NCBI RefSeq assembly: GCF_006345805.1
Contig: NW_021828739.1
Coordinates: 1-7,824 of the forward strand
Origin: Octopus sinensis
Lineage: Eukaryota
Direction: 5' to 3'
DNA: 7,824 bases
Numbering within the stretch: the first letter of the stretch is position 1; the number at the start of each line of letters is the position of its first letter. A program made the translations under genes and the position numbers. The notes under the pieces are model-generated. The model made no database searches. It saw only the letters and a program-made list of their open reading frames with translations, and was not told the DNA's origin. Shown here piece after piece: positions 7,088-7,824 of this stretch.

Positions 7088-7286
7088 CCACAAGGGGCTA
7101 AACATAGAGGGGACAAACAAAGGGATTAACTTGATTACATCGACCCAGTAGGAAACTGGTACTCTATTTATCGACCCCGAGAGGATGAAAGGCAAAGTCG
7201 ACCTCGGCGGAATTTGAACTCAGAACGTAGCGACAGACGAAATATCGCTAAGCATTTCGCCCGGCGCGCTAACGTTTCTGCCAGCT
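7088..7286 (-). mobile_element. Near full-length tRNA-derived SINE of a second family, inserted in (TA)n
   Basis: On the minus strand: A-box-like TGGCAGAAACG (7273-7283), B-box GAGTTCAAATTCC (7209-7221), central gcctttcatcctctcggggtcgataaa module and tail ...ccccttgtgg. Candidate 12-bp TSD ataatatatata (7076-7087) / ataatatatgta (7287-7298). Confidence 0.88.
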
Positions 7287-7500
<214 letters not shown>

Positions 7501-7599
7501 ATATTGAAAACGCCCGTTCTCTTCCACCAAACTTTTCTATCTTCATCATTGCTGCAAGTAAAAACATCAGTCCATGATAACTGTATGATCTATAGAATT

Positions 7600-7694
7600 T
7601 ACATATCTACATATATATACATGCATATGTGTGTGCGTGTGTGTATTTATGTATACACGTATACATGAACATGTATATGTACATATACATAAGC

Positions 7695-7742
<48 letters not shown>

Positions 7743-7810
7743 ACATATATACATATACATAGATATATCTAATATCTATGCATAAATAAGTATATATACA
7801 CACATTATAT
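7600..7810. repeat. Degenerate alternating purine-pyrimidine tract (TA/CA/TG) with pure (TA)n core at about 7698-7740
   Basis: Directly visible. Confidence 0.9.
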
Positions 7811-7824
7811 AAATGATGATGTGA

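Noticed and set aside
7088-7125. Possible SINE/LINE partnership between the SINE tail and the RTE 3' end
   Set aside because: The SINE tail (gtttgtcccctctatgtttagccccttgtgg) shows no similarity to 3313-3386.
7200-7286. A- and B-boxes as a tRNA gene
   Set aside because: No cloverleaf or acceptor stem, and the sequence continues into a SINE body; it is a tRNA-derived SINE head.

Overview
Eukaryotic, AT-rich, repeat-dominated non-coding DNA. The SINE families, whose sequences I recall as octopus/coleoid types, and the very long (TA)n/(GATA)n tracts suggest a cephalopod, probably Octopus; this is inference, not a database result. No intact host gene is supportable. The main feature is a 5'-truncated, decayed RTE-clade LINE (about 687-3385, +). 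It retains the end of an APE endonuclease, the RT domain and a C-terminal zinc-finger-like motif, and carries 3 frameshifts and 3 premature stops. It ends in a 3' hairpin plus (CAA)3 and is flanked by an unusually long 56-bp direct repeat (609-664 / 3386-3441, 4 mismatches) that reads as a target-site duplication. The window also holds three tRNA-derived SINE copies from two families plus a tail fragment, and a Helitron-like 5' fragment. An unclassified 655-bp-period partial tandem element (102-bp repeat, 2 mismatches) has promoter-like motifs and a degenerate hammerhead-like arrangement. A cryptic trinucleotide tract and many microsatellites make up the rest. Most short ORFs in the track are microsatellite artefacts. 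I found no clear novel protein-coding system; the best leads are the long TSD and the 655-bp element.
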